Shown: positions 12,430 to 25,303, counted from the stretch's first letter. The stretch: 32,000 bases of DNA from Candidatus Saccharimonadota bacterium (GCA_036689235.1 CP144769.1:86476-118475); one strand, 5' to 3'. Numbers and translations: made by a program. Notes: generated from the sequence alone by a model not told the origin.

Positions 12430-13872
12430 GTGAGTAATAATAATTTGTTTTTTAATATAAATAAAAAAAGATTTGTTATACATTTTATTGGTATTGGTGG
12501 TGTTGGAATGTCATCAATAGCAGAATATATGTTATTATCTGGTTATAATGTAACTGGATCTGATATAAATTTTAATTATAGAATAAAATATTTATCTTCT
12601 TTAGGAATTAAAATATATAATAATCATTGTAAAAATAATATTTTAAAATGTAATTTAATTGTTTATTCTTCTGCTATTAATTTATTAAATGATGAAATTT
12701 TATTTGCAAAGAATAATAATATTCCTATAATATCTAGAATTGAAATGTTATATGAATTAACTAAATATAATTATTTAATTACTGTTATTGGTAGTCATGG
12801 TAAAACTACTACTACTTCTTTAATTTTTGATTTATTTTTAAATTATGATATGAAAATTAATTGTATAAATGGAGGTAATATAAAATCTATAAATTCTTAT
12901 ATTTATTTAAGTAATAGTAAATATTTTTTAATTGAATTAGATGAAAGTGATAATTTATTTACTTTATTAAAACCTACTATAGTTATTTTAACTAATATAG
13001 ATTATGATCACTTAAATAATTATAATAATAATATAAATAATTTAATTAATTCTTTTATAAATTATATAAATAAAATTCCATTTTATGGTTATCTTATAGC
13101 TTGTTTTGATGATAAAAATATTATATCTATTTTAAATAAAAATATTTTTAATTGTAAAATAATTACTTATGGTTTTAATAAAAAATCAAATTTTTTAATT
13201 AATAATTATAAACAAAAGAAAAATTTTAGTAATTTTGATTTATATATTAACAAAAAAAAAAAATATAATTTAAGTGTAAATATGTTTGGTAAACATAATA
13301 TTTCGAATTTAATTAGTTCTATAATTTTATTAAATCAATTTTATAAGTTAGATTTATCAAAACTTCAAGAAAAAATATATTTTTTAAAAGGTGTTAGTAG
13401 AAGATCTGAAATTATAGGTGAATTTTCTTTTTTTTATAAAAAACGTTTTTATAATAATATATTATTTATTTCTGATTATGGACATCATCCTACTGAAATA
13501 TATTATAATATAAATTCTATATATAAATCTTGAAATAGAAGAATAGTTATGGTTTTTCAACCTCATAGATTTAGTAGAACTAAATTATTATTAAATAATT
13601 TTGTAAATGTTTTAATTAAAGTTGATATTTTATTATTATTAAATATTTATTATTCTTATGAAGATAATTCTATATATAATATAAGTAGTAATAAATTATT
13701 TTCATTAATGTATGATTTATATAATTATAAAAATTGTATTTTATTAAATAAAAATTGTGATATTTTTAAATATTTGTTAAATATTATTATTGATAAAGAT
13801 ATTGTTTTATTTCAAGGTGCTGGAAAAATTGATTTACTTTTATATAGTTTTATTTGTAATTATGTAAAATAA
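12430..13872 (+). CDS. murC: UDP-N-acetylmuramate--L-alanine ligase MurC, 480 aa, GTG start
   Basis: Starts at GTG 12430. The sequence shows 'IHFIGIGGVGMSSIAEYML', 'GSHGKTTTTS', 'NIDYDHL', 'DYGHHPTEI' and 'FQPHRFSRT'. There is one TGA at 13531, and both track fragments are in frame 1. Confidence 0.9.
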
Positions 13873-13894
13873 AATTAATTTAATTATATTTATT

Positions 13895-14821
13895 ATGAAA
13901 TCTATAAATAATGTTGCTATATTTTTTGGTGGAACTTCTAATGAAAGAAGTATTTCTATAAAATCTGGTTATTGTATTTTTAAATGTTTATTAAAGAAAA
14001 ATATTAATATTTATCTTATTGATATAAAATATTTTTGTATAAATAGTTTTTTAAAAAAAAAAATAGATAAAGTTTTTATAGCATTACATGGTAAAATAGG
14101 AGAAGATGGAGTTATACAAGGTTTTTTAGATTTTTTAAAAATTCCATATACTGGAAGTGGTCTTTTTACTTCATCTTTATGTATTAATAAATATAATACT
14201 AAAAATTTTTTAAATAATTTTAAAATAAAAATTTTACCTCATGTATATATTAAAAAAATATATATTAATAATAATATTAATAAATTTTTTAAATTATATA
14301 AAAAAATTTTATTAAAATTAAATATTCCTTTTATAGTAAAACCTAATATTTTTGGATCAAGTATAGGATTAAATATTATTAATAATTTTAATGATTTTAA
14401 AAATTATTTTAGTAAATTTAATATTATTAATTTTAATAATTTTATTTTTGAAAAATATATTTTTGGTGATGAATATACTGTTAGTATTTTAAATAATAAA
14501 ATTTTATGTCCTATTAAAATTAAATATAAAAATAAAATTTTTAATTTTAATTTAAAATATGATTATAATAATTTTTTTTTTTCAATAAATATTAATAATA
14601 ATATTAAAAGAAAATTAATTAATATTTCTAAAAAAATATGAAATATTTTAAATTGTAAAGGTTGTATAAGAATAGATTATATAATTGATAAATTTGAAAA
14701 TATTTGATTTTTAGAGGTTAATACTATACCTGGTATGACTAATAAAAGTTTAGTTACTATTTGTGCTAAATATTCTAATATTGAATATTCTAAATTAATT
14801 TTAAATATATTATATAATTAA
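13895..14821 (+). CDS. ddl: D-alanine--D-alanine ligase, 308 aa
   Basis: The sequence shows 'VAIFFGGTSNERSISIKSG', 'ALHGKIGEDGVIQGFLDFLKIPYTGSG' and 'WFLEVNTIPGMTNKSLV'. TGAs are at 14639 and 14706 and the stop is TAA at 14819-14821. Confidence 0.88.
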
Positions 14822-14853
14822 ATTTAAATATTTTATTATAAAATATAATTTAA

Positions 14854-15153
14854 TTATAATTTATGATTTATTATTAATATTATATTTAATATTTTTGGAT
14901 GATTTATTTTTTTTATTATTTTATTTTTATTTTTTAATAAATATTTTTTTATAATATAATTATTTATTTTTATATAAATATTTTTTTTTTTTATATTTAT
15001 TATTTTGTATTTATTATATATTTTTTTTGGTAAAATATTTTTTATTTTGTTATCTATTTTTTTTACTAATTTACTTTTTATTATTAAAGATATTAGATTA
15101 TTTTTTTTATTATTTATAATATCTATTATTAATTTTGGTTTTTTATTTTTCAT
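14854..15153 (-). CDS. Small, very basic 99-aa protein divergent from secA; possible DUF721/DciA-like protein (tentative)
   Basis: The ORF is intact from ATG to TAA with no TGA. The C-terminal half 'LPKKIYNKYKIINIKKKNIYIKINNYIIKKYLLKNKNKIIKKIN..KILNIILIIN' loosely follows the DUF721 pattern: a segment like 'h..v......g.L.l.v....wa..Lr.....l...l', then a short beta strand. The position beside secA after the dcw cluster is where DUF721 sits in many non-enteric Proteobacteria. Low complexity makes this weak. Confidence 0.4.
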   Translation of the reverse strand: MKNKKPKLIIDIINNKKNNLISLIIKSKLVKKIDNKIKNILPKKIYNKYKIINIKKKNIYIKINNYIIKKYLLKNKNKIIKKINHPKILNIILIINHKL

Positions 15154-15262
15154 TTTTTTTTATATTTTATGATAATATATGTATTATATTTATTTAATAT
15201 TGTAAATAATATATGTATATTTTATTATTATAATTCATTTTATATAAATTTTATTAATTATT

Positions 15263-17770
15263 ATGTTTATTAAATTATTTTCATATATTTTTAATAATAA
15301 AAATAAAAAAAAAATTGATTATTTTTATTATATTATAAATAAAATTAATGATTTAAAAAAAATATTTTCTAAATATTCTGATTTTATTATAAAAAATAAT
15401 ACAGATGTATATTGTAAAATTTTAAGTTATAATAGAAATAATAGTGATTATATTTTGCCTTATGTTTTTGCTAATATATATGAAGCTATAAAAAGAATTT
15501 TTAAAATTGAATTATTTGATGTTCAATTATTAGGAGCTTTATCTTTATATTATGGTTATATTATAGAAATGAAAACTGGTGAAGGTAAAACTATTACTTC
15601 TACTTTACCTATATATTTTTATTCTTTATTTAAAAAAGGAGTTCATGTAATTACTATAAATGAATATTTAGCTAAAAGAGATTGAACAAATAATAGTAAA
15701 TTATTTAATTTTTTAGGTTTAAGTGTTGGTTTAAACTTATCTAATATGTCAATAGTAGAAAAAAGGAAATCTTATTTATGTGATATTACTTATGGTACTA
15801 GTAGTGAATTTGGTTTTGATTATTTACGTGATAATATGGTTTTATCTAAATATAATAAAGTTCAAAGAAAAAAATTATATTATGCTATTTTAGATGAAAT
15901 TGATTCTATTTTAATAGATGAGTCTAGAACTCCATTAATTATTTCTGACTTTAATAATAATAAAAATTATATATATAAGAAAATAAATAAAATTATATTT
16001 TATTTTAAACCTGTATGTAAAGAAGATTATAATTATAAATTAAATAATGGTGATTTTATAATTGATAAAGAAGTTAATCAAATTTATATTACTGAAAGTG
16101 GATTTATAAATTTAGAAAAAATATTTATAAAAAATAATATAATTAATGAAAATAAATTTTATTATAATATTAAAAATATAAATATTATTAGTTATTTTAT
16201 TTGTTTATTAAAAGCTTATTATATTTATAAAAAAAATATTCATTATTTAGTAAAAGATGGAAAAGTAATTATTATAGATGAAAATACTGGTAGGATGGTT
16301 CCTGATAGAAGATTATCAGATGGATTACATCAAGCTTTAGAAGTTAAAGAAAATGTTAAAATTAATTATGAAAATAAAATATTAGCTTATATAACTTTTC
16401 AAAATTATTTTAGTATTTATAAAAATATATGTGGTATGACAGGAACTGCTATAACTGAAGCTTCTGAATTTAATTTAATTTATAATTTAAATGTTATGGT
16501 TATTCCTACTAATAAATTAATGATTCGTGTTGATTATAATGATTTAATTTATTTAACAGAAAAAGAAAAAATATATTCTATAATAAATGATATAAAAGAA
16601 AAAAATATTAAAGGACAACCAATATTGGTAGGAACTACATCTATAAAAAAATCTGAATATTTATCTTATTTATTATTTAAAAATGGTATAAAAAATAATG
16701 TTTTAAATGCTAAGTATCATAAATTTGAAGCTGATATTATAGCTCAAGCTGGTAAATTAGGTTCTGTTACTATTGCTACTAATATGGCTGGTCGTGGAAC
16801 TGATATAGTTTTAGGTGGTAATTTAAATCAAAAAATATCTAATTTAAATAATATTGAAAATAATATAAATAAAATTAATTTAATTAAAAAAAAATGAAAA
16901 TTAAATAATGATAAAGTTATATCTTTAGGTGGTTTATATGTTATAGGTACTGAGAGATATGAGTCTAGAAGATTAGATAATCAATTAAGAGGAAGATCTG
17001 GTAGACAAGGAGATCCTGGTTCTTCTAGATTTTATATATCTATGGATGATTCTTTAATGAAAATTTTTTCTTCTAAAAATATAATATATTATATAAGAAA
17101 ATTAGGTATTGATTATGGTAAATGTATAGAACATCCTTGATTATCATTTTATATTAAAAGTGCTCAAAAAAAAATTGAGAGTCGTAATTTTGAAATTCGT
17201 AAATCTCTTTTAGATTATGATAATATATATAATGATCAAAGGAAAATAATATATTTTAAAAGAAATAAAATATTATATTCTAATAATATTTATAAATATA
17301 TATGTATTTATATTAAAAATATAGTAAATAATTTTTTATTTTTATATGTTAATAACAGGATATTATTTAATAAATATTATAATTATTTTGGTGTAAAAAT
17401 ATCAAATATATTATTTATTAATAATGATTTTTTTAAAATATATAGTATTATTTTAAATAAAATAATATTTTTTTTTAATATTGTTAAAAAAAAAATAAAA
17501 AAAAAAATTTTATTTAAATTAGAAAAGAATATTATGTTAAAAACATTAGATTTTTTTTGAACAGAATATTTATATATTATTGATAATTTAAAAGAAAGTA
17601 TAAATTTATGTATTTATTCTCAAAAAGAACCAAAACAAGAATATAAAATAAAATCTTTTAATATTTTTGTAAATATGTTAGATAATTATTATTATGAAGT
17701 AATAAAAATATTATTAAATTTACCTATGGAATATAATAAATTAATTAAAATTATTAATTTATATTTATAA
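15263..17770 (+). CDS. secA: Preprotein translocase ATPase SecA, 835 aa (no C-terminal zinc-binding tail evident)
   Basis: The N-terminus is '[16 protein letters not shown]'. Motifs are '[14 protein letters not shown]', '[21 protein letters not shown]', 'GMTGTA', '[14 protein letters not shown]' and '[20 protein letters not shown]'. I retranslated frame 2 through TGAs at 15683, 16895, 17138 and 17558 to TAA at 17768-17770. Confidence 0.95.
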
Positions 17771-17882
17771 TTTTATTTTTTTTTAATTATATATATAATA
17801 TATATATAATTTATGAAATTATAAATATTTTTTTAAAAAAATATTTAATAAAATTTATTTATAAAAATATTATTATAATAAT

Positions 17883-18977
17883 ATGTATTCAAAAATTAAT
17901 TTATCTTTAAAATGAAGACCAAAATTTTTTAAAGATTTTATTGGTCATAATAATATAATTGAAATTTTAATTAATAGTTTAAAATATAATAAAATACATA
18001 ATTGTTATTTATTTTATGGTTCTCATGGAATTGGAAAAACAAGTTTGGCTAGAATTTTTTCAAAAAGTTTAAATTGTATTAAAGGTATTAATTATAATTT
18101 TTGTGGTAAATGTATTAATTGTATAAATATTGATTTAAATAAATCTTCTGATGTAATAGAGATAGATGCTGCTTCACGTACTAAAATAGAAGATATAAAA
18201 GAAATTTTTGATAATATAAATTATTTACCAATTTATATGCGTTATAAAATATATATAATTGATGAAGTTCATATGTTATCTCGTTATAGTTTTAATTTTT
18301 TATTAAAAATTTTAGAAGAACCTCCAAAACATATAAAATTTATTTTAGCTACAACTGAAATTAATAAAATTCCTGATACTATATTATCAAGATGTATTTC
18401 ATTTTATTTAAAATCTTTAAGTGAAAAAAATATTATTAAAAGAATTAATTATATTTTATATAAAGAAAAAATAAAATTGGATATTAATATTATTAAAATA
18501 ATATCTTTATATTCTAATGGAAGTATGAGAGATGCTTTAAATTTATTAGATCAATTATTAATGTTGAATATAAATAATAATTTTTCTTTTAATAAAATAT
18601 ATTCTTTATTAGATATAGTTGATTATAAATTAATATTATTATTTATGAAATATTTATTTGAAAAAAATAATAAAATATTTTATTTATTAAATAAATTAAA
18701 TAATTTGGATATAAATTATAATAATTTTTTATTAATTTTAATTGAAAATTTTCATAATATATTATTATTATTTTTATATCCTAAATATAAATATTATTTA
18801 AATAAATATTTCATTAAAATTGATTATTTAATTAATTTAAAAAAAAAAATAAATTTAAAAGATATTATTTTTTATTATAAATTATTTTTATTATGTAAAA
18901 AAAATATTTTAATTATAAATAATAAAAGAATAATTTTTGAATTTTATGTTATTAGAGCTTTTATATATAATAATTAA
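17883..18977 (+). CDS. dnaX: DNA polymerase III clamp-loader subunit DnaX, short form (364 aa; roughly domains I-III only)
   Basis: ATG at 17883 gives 'LSLKWRPKFFKDFIGHNNII...YLFYGSHGIGKTSLARIFSKSLNC', with the W encoded by TGA at 17913. The zinc-module cysteines are 'CGKCINC'. Further motifs are 'YIIDEVHMLS' and the SRC motif 'TILSRC'. The stop is TAA at 18975-18977. Confidence 0.9.
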
Positions 18978-19049
18978 TATTATTTATAGTAAAGATTTAT
19001 TTTATTTGTTAATATATTATTAAAATATAAATATATAATAGGAATTTTA

Positions 19050-20936
19050 ATGAAAAAAGAAACTTATGTTTTTAAATCAGAAATTAAAGAATTATTAAAT
19101 ATAATGATAAATTCATTGTATTCTAATAAAGAAATTTTTTTAAGAGAATTAATATCTAATTCTTCGGATGCTATAGATAAAATAAAATTTTATAATATAA
19201 ATAATAAAAATAATAATGTAAATAATTTTGATGATGATTATTTTATTAAAATTTATATTGATGGGAATAATTTAGTAATAAGTGATAATGGTATTGGTAT
19301 GACTAAAAAGGAATTAATTAATAATTTAGGAAAAATTGCCAAATCAGGTACTAAAGAATTTTTAGATAAATATGTAAATTTAAAAGAAGAAAATAAAAAT
19401 AATAATATGATAGGTCAATTTGGTGTTGGTTTTTATTCTTCTTTTATGGTATCTAATAAGGTTATAGTTCATACTAAATCTATTATTGATATTAAAAATG
19501 ATGGTTATTTATGAAGTTCATATGGTCAAGGAAAATATAATATTATTAAAAAAAAAAAAAATAATATTGGTACTGACATTATATTAAATATAAAAGATTC
19601 TTGTAAAGAATTTTTAGATTATTCTAATATAGAAAAAATAGTAGTAAAATATTCAAATTATATTAATATTCCTATAAAAATTAAATATTTTGATAAAAAT
19701 AAAAATAAATATATTTTTAAAAAAATAAATAAATCTGAAGCTTTATGAATAAAAAATAAAAAAGATATTTCTAAAAAAGAATATATTGATTTTTATAATT
19801 CTTTAACTAATAATTTAGGAAATCCTTTAATTTGATCACATAATAAAATTGAAGGTAAAAATAATTATATTAGTTTAATATATATTCCTAGTATTTCTCC
19901 TTGGAATATTTGAAATAGAGATGAATATAAAAATGGAATTAAAATATATATAAATAGAATTTTTATAATGGAAGGTATTACCAAAATAGTACCGTTTTAT
20001 TTAAGATTTATTCAAGGTATTATAGATACTAGTGATTTATCTTTAAATGTTTCTCGTGAAATATTACAAGATAATAATTTTATTAATATTTTACGTGTTT
20101 CTATAACTAATAAAGTTATAAATATATTAGATAAATTATCTTTAGATAAAAATAAATATTTTATTTTTTGAAAAGAATTTGGTAATATTTTTAAAGAAGG
20201 TTTAGCTGAAGATGAAGTAAATCGTTATAAAATATCTTTGTTATTAAGATTTTGTTCTACATATTATTCTTCTAAAGATAAATATGTTTCATTAGAGGAT
20301 TATATAAATCGTATGTTACCTGGACAAGATAAAATTTTTTATATTATTTCTGATAATTATTCTTCTTCTTTTAATAGTCCTCATTTAGAAATTTATCGTA
20401 AAAAAAATATTGAAGTTTTATTAATGTTTAATAGAATAGATGAGTGAATGATGTCTTATTTAAATGATTTTAAAGGAATTAAATTTTATTCTATAAATAA
20501 AAGTGATATTAATTCTAATTCAATTATTTTAGATAAATCAAAAGTTATAAATAATAATGATAATAATTTAAGTAATTTTTTATCAAGAGTAAAAAATATT
20601 TTATCTAAACATAATATAAAAGATGTAATTTTAACTGAAAAATTAGATAATTTTCCCGTTGTTGTTACTACATCTTCTAATGAAATTAGTACTCAAATGT
20701 CTAAATTATTATCTTCAATTGGAAAATCTGTTCCTAATGTAAAATATTTATTAGAAATTAATCCTAATCATATTTTAATTAAATATATTAGTATTATTAA
20801 GGATACTTCTTTATTTAAAGAATGAATAAATTATTTATTTTATCAAGCTATATTAATAGAAACAAATTCTTTAAATAATCCTACTAAATTTATTAATATT
20901 ATTAATAATATATTATGTAAATTAATTGTTAAATAA
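19050..20936 (+). CDS. htpG: Molecular chaperone HtpG (Hsp90), 628 aa
   Basis: The four track fragments (19050, 19968, 20238, 20448) all lie in frame 3, and I retranslated the junctions. The sequence shows 'LYSNKEIFLRELISNSSDAIDK', 'DNGIGMTKKELINNLGKIAKSGTKEF', 'IGQFGVGFYSSFMV' and 'YINRIFIMEG...FIQGIIDTSDLSLNVSREILQ'. There are 8 TGA codons and an AGGAA RBS before the ATG. The stop is TAA at 20934-20936. Confidence 0.95.
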
Positions 20937-20960
20937 TATTTTTTTTTTTTTAAATAAAAG

Positions 20961-21030
20961 TAAATATATAAATATTTCATTATATAATATATAAAATATA
21001 TATTTATATTAATGAAATGTTATATATTTA
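20961..21030. terminator. Long imperfect palindrome (~70 bp) between convergent htpG and recA; candidate bidirectional terminator hairpin
   Basis: 20961-20971 pairs with 21020-21030 (11 bp). After a small internal loop, 20974-20982 pairs with 21010-21018 (9 bp), including the rare C20978-G21014 pair. Inner pairing continues to an AAA loop at 20994-20996. Confidence 0.4.
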
Positions 21031-21069
21031 AATAAAATATAAATTAAATATTATAATATTTTATTTTTT

Positions 21070-22077
<1,008 letters not shown>

Positions 22078-22201
22078 ATTTTATGTTATTTATCGTGTTA
22101 ATTTTATTATTATTATATAATATTTTTATTATTATGAAGTATAATGTATTTATTATATATTTTTTATTTAATTTGTAATTTTATTTTATATAAGTTTAAT
22201 T

Positions 22202-24892
22202 ATGTTTAAAAGTTTTAATGAAGTTCGTAATTTATTTATAAAATTTTTTAAATCTAAAGATCATTTTTTAATTGAAAGTAGTTCTTTAGTACCTAATGAT
22301 GATAGTTTATTATTTACTAATGCTGGTATGAATCAATTTAAAGATATTTTTTTAGGTTTAAAAAAAAAAATATTTGAAAAAGTTATTACTATACAACGTT
22401 GTTTAAGAGTTGGTGGAAAACATAATGATATAAATAATATAGGATATACATATAAACATAATACTTTTTTTGAAATGATGGGAAATTTTAGTTTTAATTC
22501 TTATTTTAAAAAAGAAGCTATTTTATATGCTTGAGAATTATTAACTTCTAAAAAATGATTTAATTTAAATAAAAATAAATTAATTATTACTGTAAATATT
22601 AATGATATTGAAACATATAAAATATGATCTAATATTTTAAATATTAATAAAAATAATATATTTTTAGTTGGAAAAAAATGTAATTATATAGATAATAAAT
22701 CTGAGAATTTTTGACAAATGTCAAATTTTGGTCCTTGTGGTTATAGTACAGAAATATATTATAATATTAATTCTATTATTAATATTAAAGATTTTTTATT
22801 ATATAAAGATACTAATAAATATTTAGAGATTTGAAATTTAGTTTTTATAGAATATAATATTATTAATAATAATAATATTATTAAATTATCTTATAAATCT
22901 GTAGATACAGGTATGGGTTTAGAAAGAATATGTTCTGTATTACAGAATGTTAATTCAAATTTTAATATAGATTTGTTTTTAGAATTAAAAAATAAAATTT
23001 CTATATTTTTAAATATTAAAATAAATGTAAAAAATATTTATATTTTTAATTTAATTTCTGATCATTTAAGATCTATTATTTATTTAATAATAGATGGAAT
23101 ATTACCTTCTAATGAATATAGAGGTTATATTTTACGTAAAATAATAAGAAGAACTTTGACATATATTTATTTAATTACTAAAAGTAAAAAATATATTTTA
23201 AATGAATTATTATATTATATAAAAGATTGATTTTTAAAATTTTATTTTTTTAAAAAAAAAGATATTTTTATTAAAATAAAAAATATTGTATTAAATGAAG
23301 AAAAAAAATATTTTAATAATTTATTAAATAATTTAAATATATTATATTTTTATTTAAAAAAAAAAAATATTAAAAATAATATTTTAGATGGTAAAATTAT
23401 ATTTTTATTATATGATACATATGGTTTACCTATAGATATAATAATTGAAGTTTGTAAATATAATAATTTTAAAATTGATTTAGAAAAATTTAATTATTTA
23501 TTAGATTTACAAAAAAAAAAATCTAAAAAATTTAGTAATTTTAATAAATATAAATATAATTTTTATTTATTAAATAATATAAATAGAACAAAATTTTTAG
23601 GATATTATATAAATTATTGTTATAGTAAAATTAATTGTATATTATATAATAATAATAAAATAAATTATTTTAATAAAAATAATGTTAAAATAATAATTAT
23701 TTTATCTCATACTGTTTTATATCCTAAATGTGGTGGTCAAATTAGTGATAGAGGAGTTATATATAATAATAATTTTAATTTTTTTATTTATAGTGTAAAA
23801 ATTTTTGGTGAATATATATTTCATATTGGAGAATTAGAATATGGATATATAAAAAAAGGTGATATTGTTAAAGTAAAATATGATTATAATTATAGATTTA
23901 ATATATCTTGTAATCATTCTGCATGTCATATATTATTATATGTATTAAAAAAGTTTTTTTCTAAAAATATTAAACAATGTGGTTCTTTAATTAAAAATAA
24001 TTATTTTTCTTTAGATTTTTATTGTGATTTTGATTTAAATAATTTTAAAATATATAAAATAAATAAAAAAGTAAATGAAATAATATGAAAAAAATTGTAT
24101 TTTTATGAAAAAAATATTAAAAAAAATAATTTAAATAAAAAATTTATTTTTTTTAATAATAATAAAAATATTCGTGTAGTTAATTTTGGTAATCTTATAA
24201 AAGATTATTGTTGTGGTACTCATGTTAATAATACTTATAATATAAATTTATTTATAATAAAAAAAAAATATAATATTTCTTCTAAAATTAAACGTATTAA
24301 AGCATATACTAATATATATGCATTAAAATATATAAATAAAAATTTATTTTTTCTAAAAAATATTTATAATTTATTATCAATTAATAGTAAAAATTTATAT
24401 AATAAAATATATTCTATAAAAGATAATGAGATAAAAAATAAAAATAATATTAAATTAATATATAATATATTAATTAAAAATATTTTATCTCAAATTTTAT
24501 TAAAAGATATTATAAAATTAAATAATAATAGTTTAAATATTTTAGTAAAAAGATTTTTTTATAATGATTTTTTAAATGAAAAAATATTATTTAATATAAT
24601 AAATAAATTAAAAATTAAATTTAATTTATCTTTAATAATATTTATATTAAAATTAAATAATATTAATAATTTAATTTTTTATTTAAATAAAAAATTATTA
24701 AATGATTTTTATTTAGATATATCTAATAATAATTTTATTAAAATAAAAAAATATAAGATAATAAAAAATATTAATTTTAGAATAGAATTTTTTAATATTT
24801 TATTTTTAGATAATGGATTTGATTTAAATAATATTATAAATTTTATAAAATTTAAATTATTAAATTATTATAAAAATATTATTATTAAATAG
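22202..24892 (+). CDS. alaS: Alanine--tRNA ligase, 896 aa
   Basis: I retranslated frame 2 across all gaps between the three track fragments and it is open. The sequence shows '[27 protein letters not shown]', '[33 protein letters not shown]', '[18 protein letters not shown]', '[11 protein letters not shown]' and '[11 protein letters not shown]'. Editing-domain motifs are 'NHSACHIL' and 'CCGTHV'. The stop is TAG at 24890-24892. Confidence 0.93.
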
Positions 24893-24912
24893 AGATAATA
24901 AGGGATTTAATA

Positions 24913-25104
24913 ATGCTTGTTTTAACTAGAAAAATTGGTGAAACATTAATTATAAAAAATGATATAATAATAACTATATTAGGTATTAAAGGTAATCAAA
25001 TTCGTATAGGTATTGAAGCTCCTAAAAATATTTCTATATATAGAAAAGAAATATATGTAAAAATTATTAAAAATAAAAATAATAAAAAATTATTAAATGA
25101 ATAA
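24913..25104 (+). CDS. csrA: Carbon storage regulator / translational repressor CsrA, 63 aa
   Basis: '[48 protein letters not shown]' is near-canonical CsrA. An 'AAGGGA' RBS lies upstream. Confidence 0.9.
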   Translation: MLVLTRKIGETLIIKNDIIITILGIKGNQIRIGIEAPKNISIYRKEIYVKIIKNKNNKKLLNE

Positions 25105-25119
25105 TTTAATTATTTTTCT

Positions 25120-25206
25120 GATGAGATGACCGAGTGGTTGAAGGTACTCCTCTGCTAAGGGAGAATACTTATTTAAGTATCGAGGGTTCGAATCCCTCTC
25201 TCATCG
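25120..25206 (+). tRNA. tRNA-Ser (anticodon GCU), class II with long variable arm, no encoded CCA
   Basis: The acceptor stem is GATGAGA/TCTCATC with discriminator G. The anticodon arm is CTCCT-CTGCTAA-GGGAG, giving anticodon GCT. The T arm is GAGGG-TTCGAAT-CCCTC. The gene is a G/C-rich island and sits where serV does downstream of csrA in E. coli. Confidence 0.9.
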
Positions 25207-25209
25207 TTT

Positions 25210-25282
25210 ACATCCGTAACTCAGTGGATAGAGTACTCGGCTACGAACCGAGCTGTCAGGGGTTCGAATCCTCTCGGATGTG
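25210..25282 (+). tRNA. tRNA-Arg (anticodon ACG), no encoded CCA
   Basis: The acceptor stem is ACATCCG/CGGATGT. The anticodon arm is CTCGG-CTACGAA-CCGAG, giving anticodon ACG. The T arm is AGGGG-TTCGAAT-CCTCT. It closely resembles E. coli argV and follows tRNA-Ser after only a 3-nt spacer. Confidence 0.92.
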
Positions 25283-25303
25283 TAAAGTATTATATTAAAA
25301 AAA

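Noticed and set aside
17822-17847. Perfect 26-bp palindrome 'taaatatttttttaaaaaaatattta' between secA and dnaX, considered as a terminator or protelomerase target.
   Set aside because: It is all A/T with no loop. With an effectively two-letter alphabet, a 13-pair perfect palindrome is expected a few times per 32 kb by chance. No G/C compensation supports selection.
17883-18977. Programmed -1 frameshift site in dnaX (the A AAA AAG type that produces gamma in E. coli).
   Set aside because: The ORF is already gamma-sized and terminates at a TAA just before htpG, so no extended tau frame exists to shift out of. The A-runs present are explained by Lys-rich coding.
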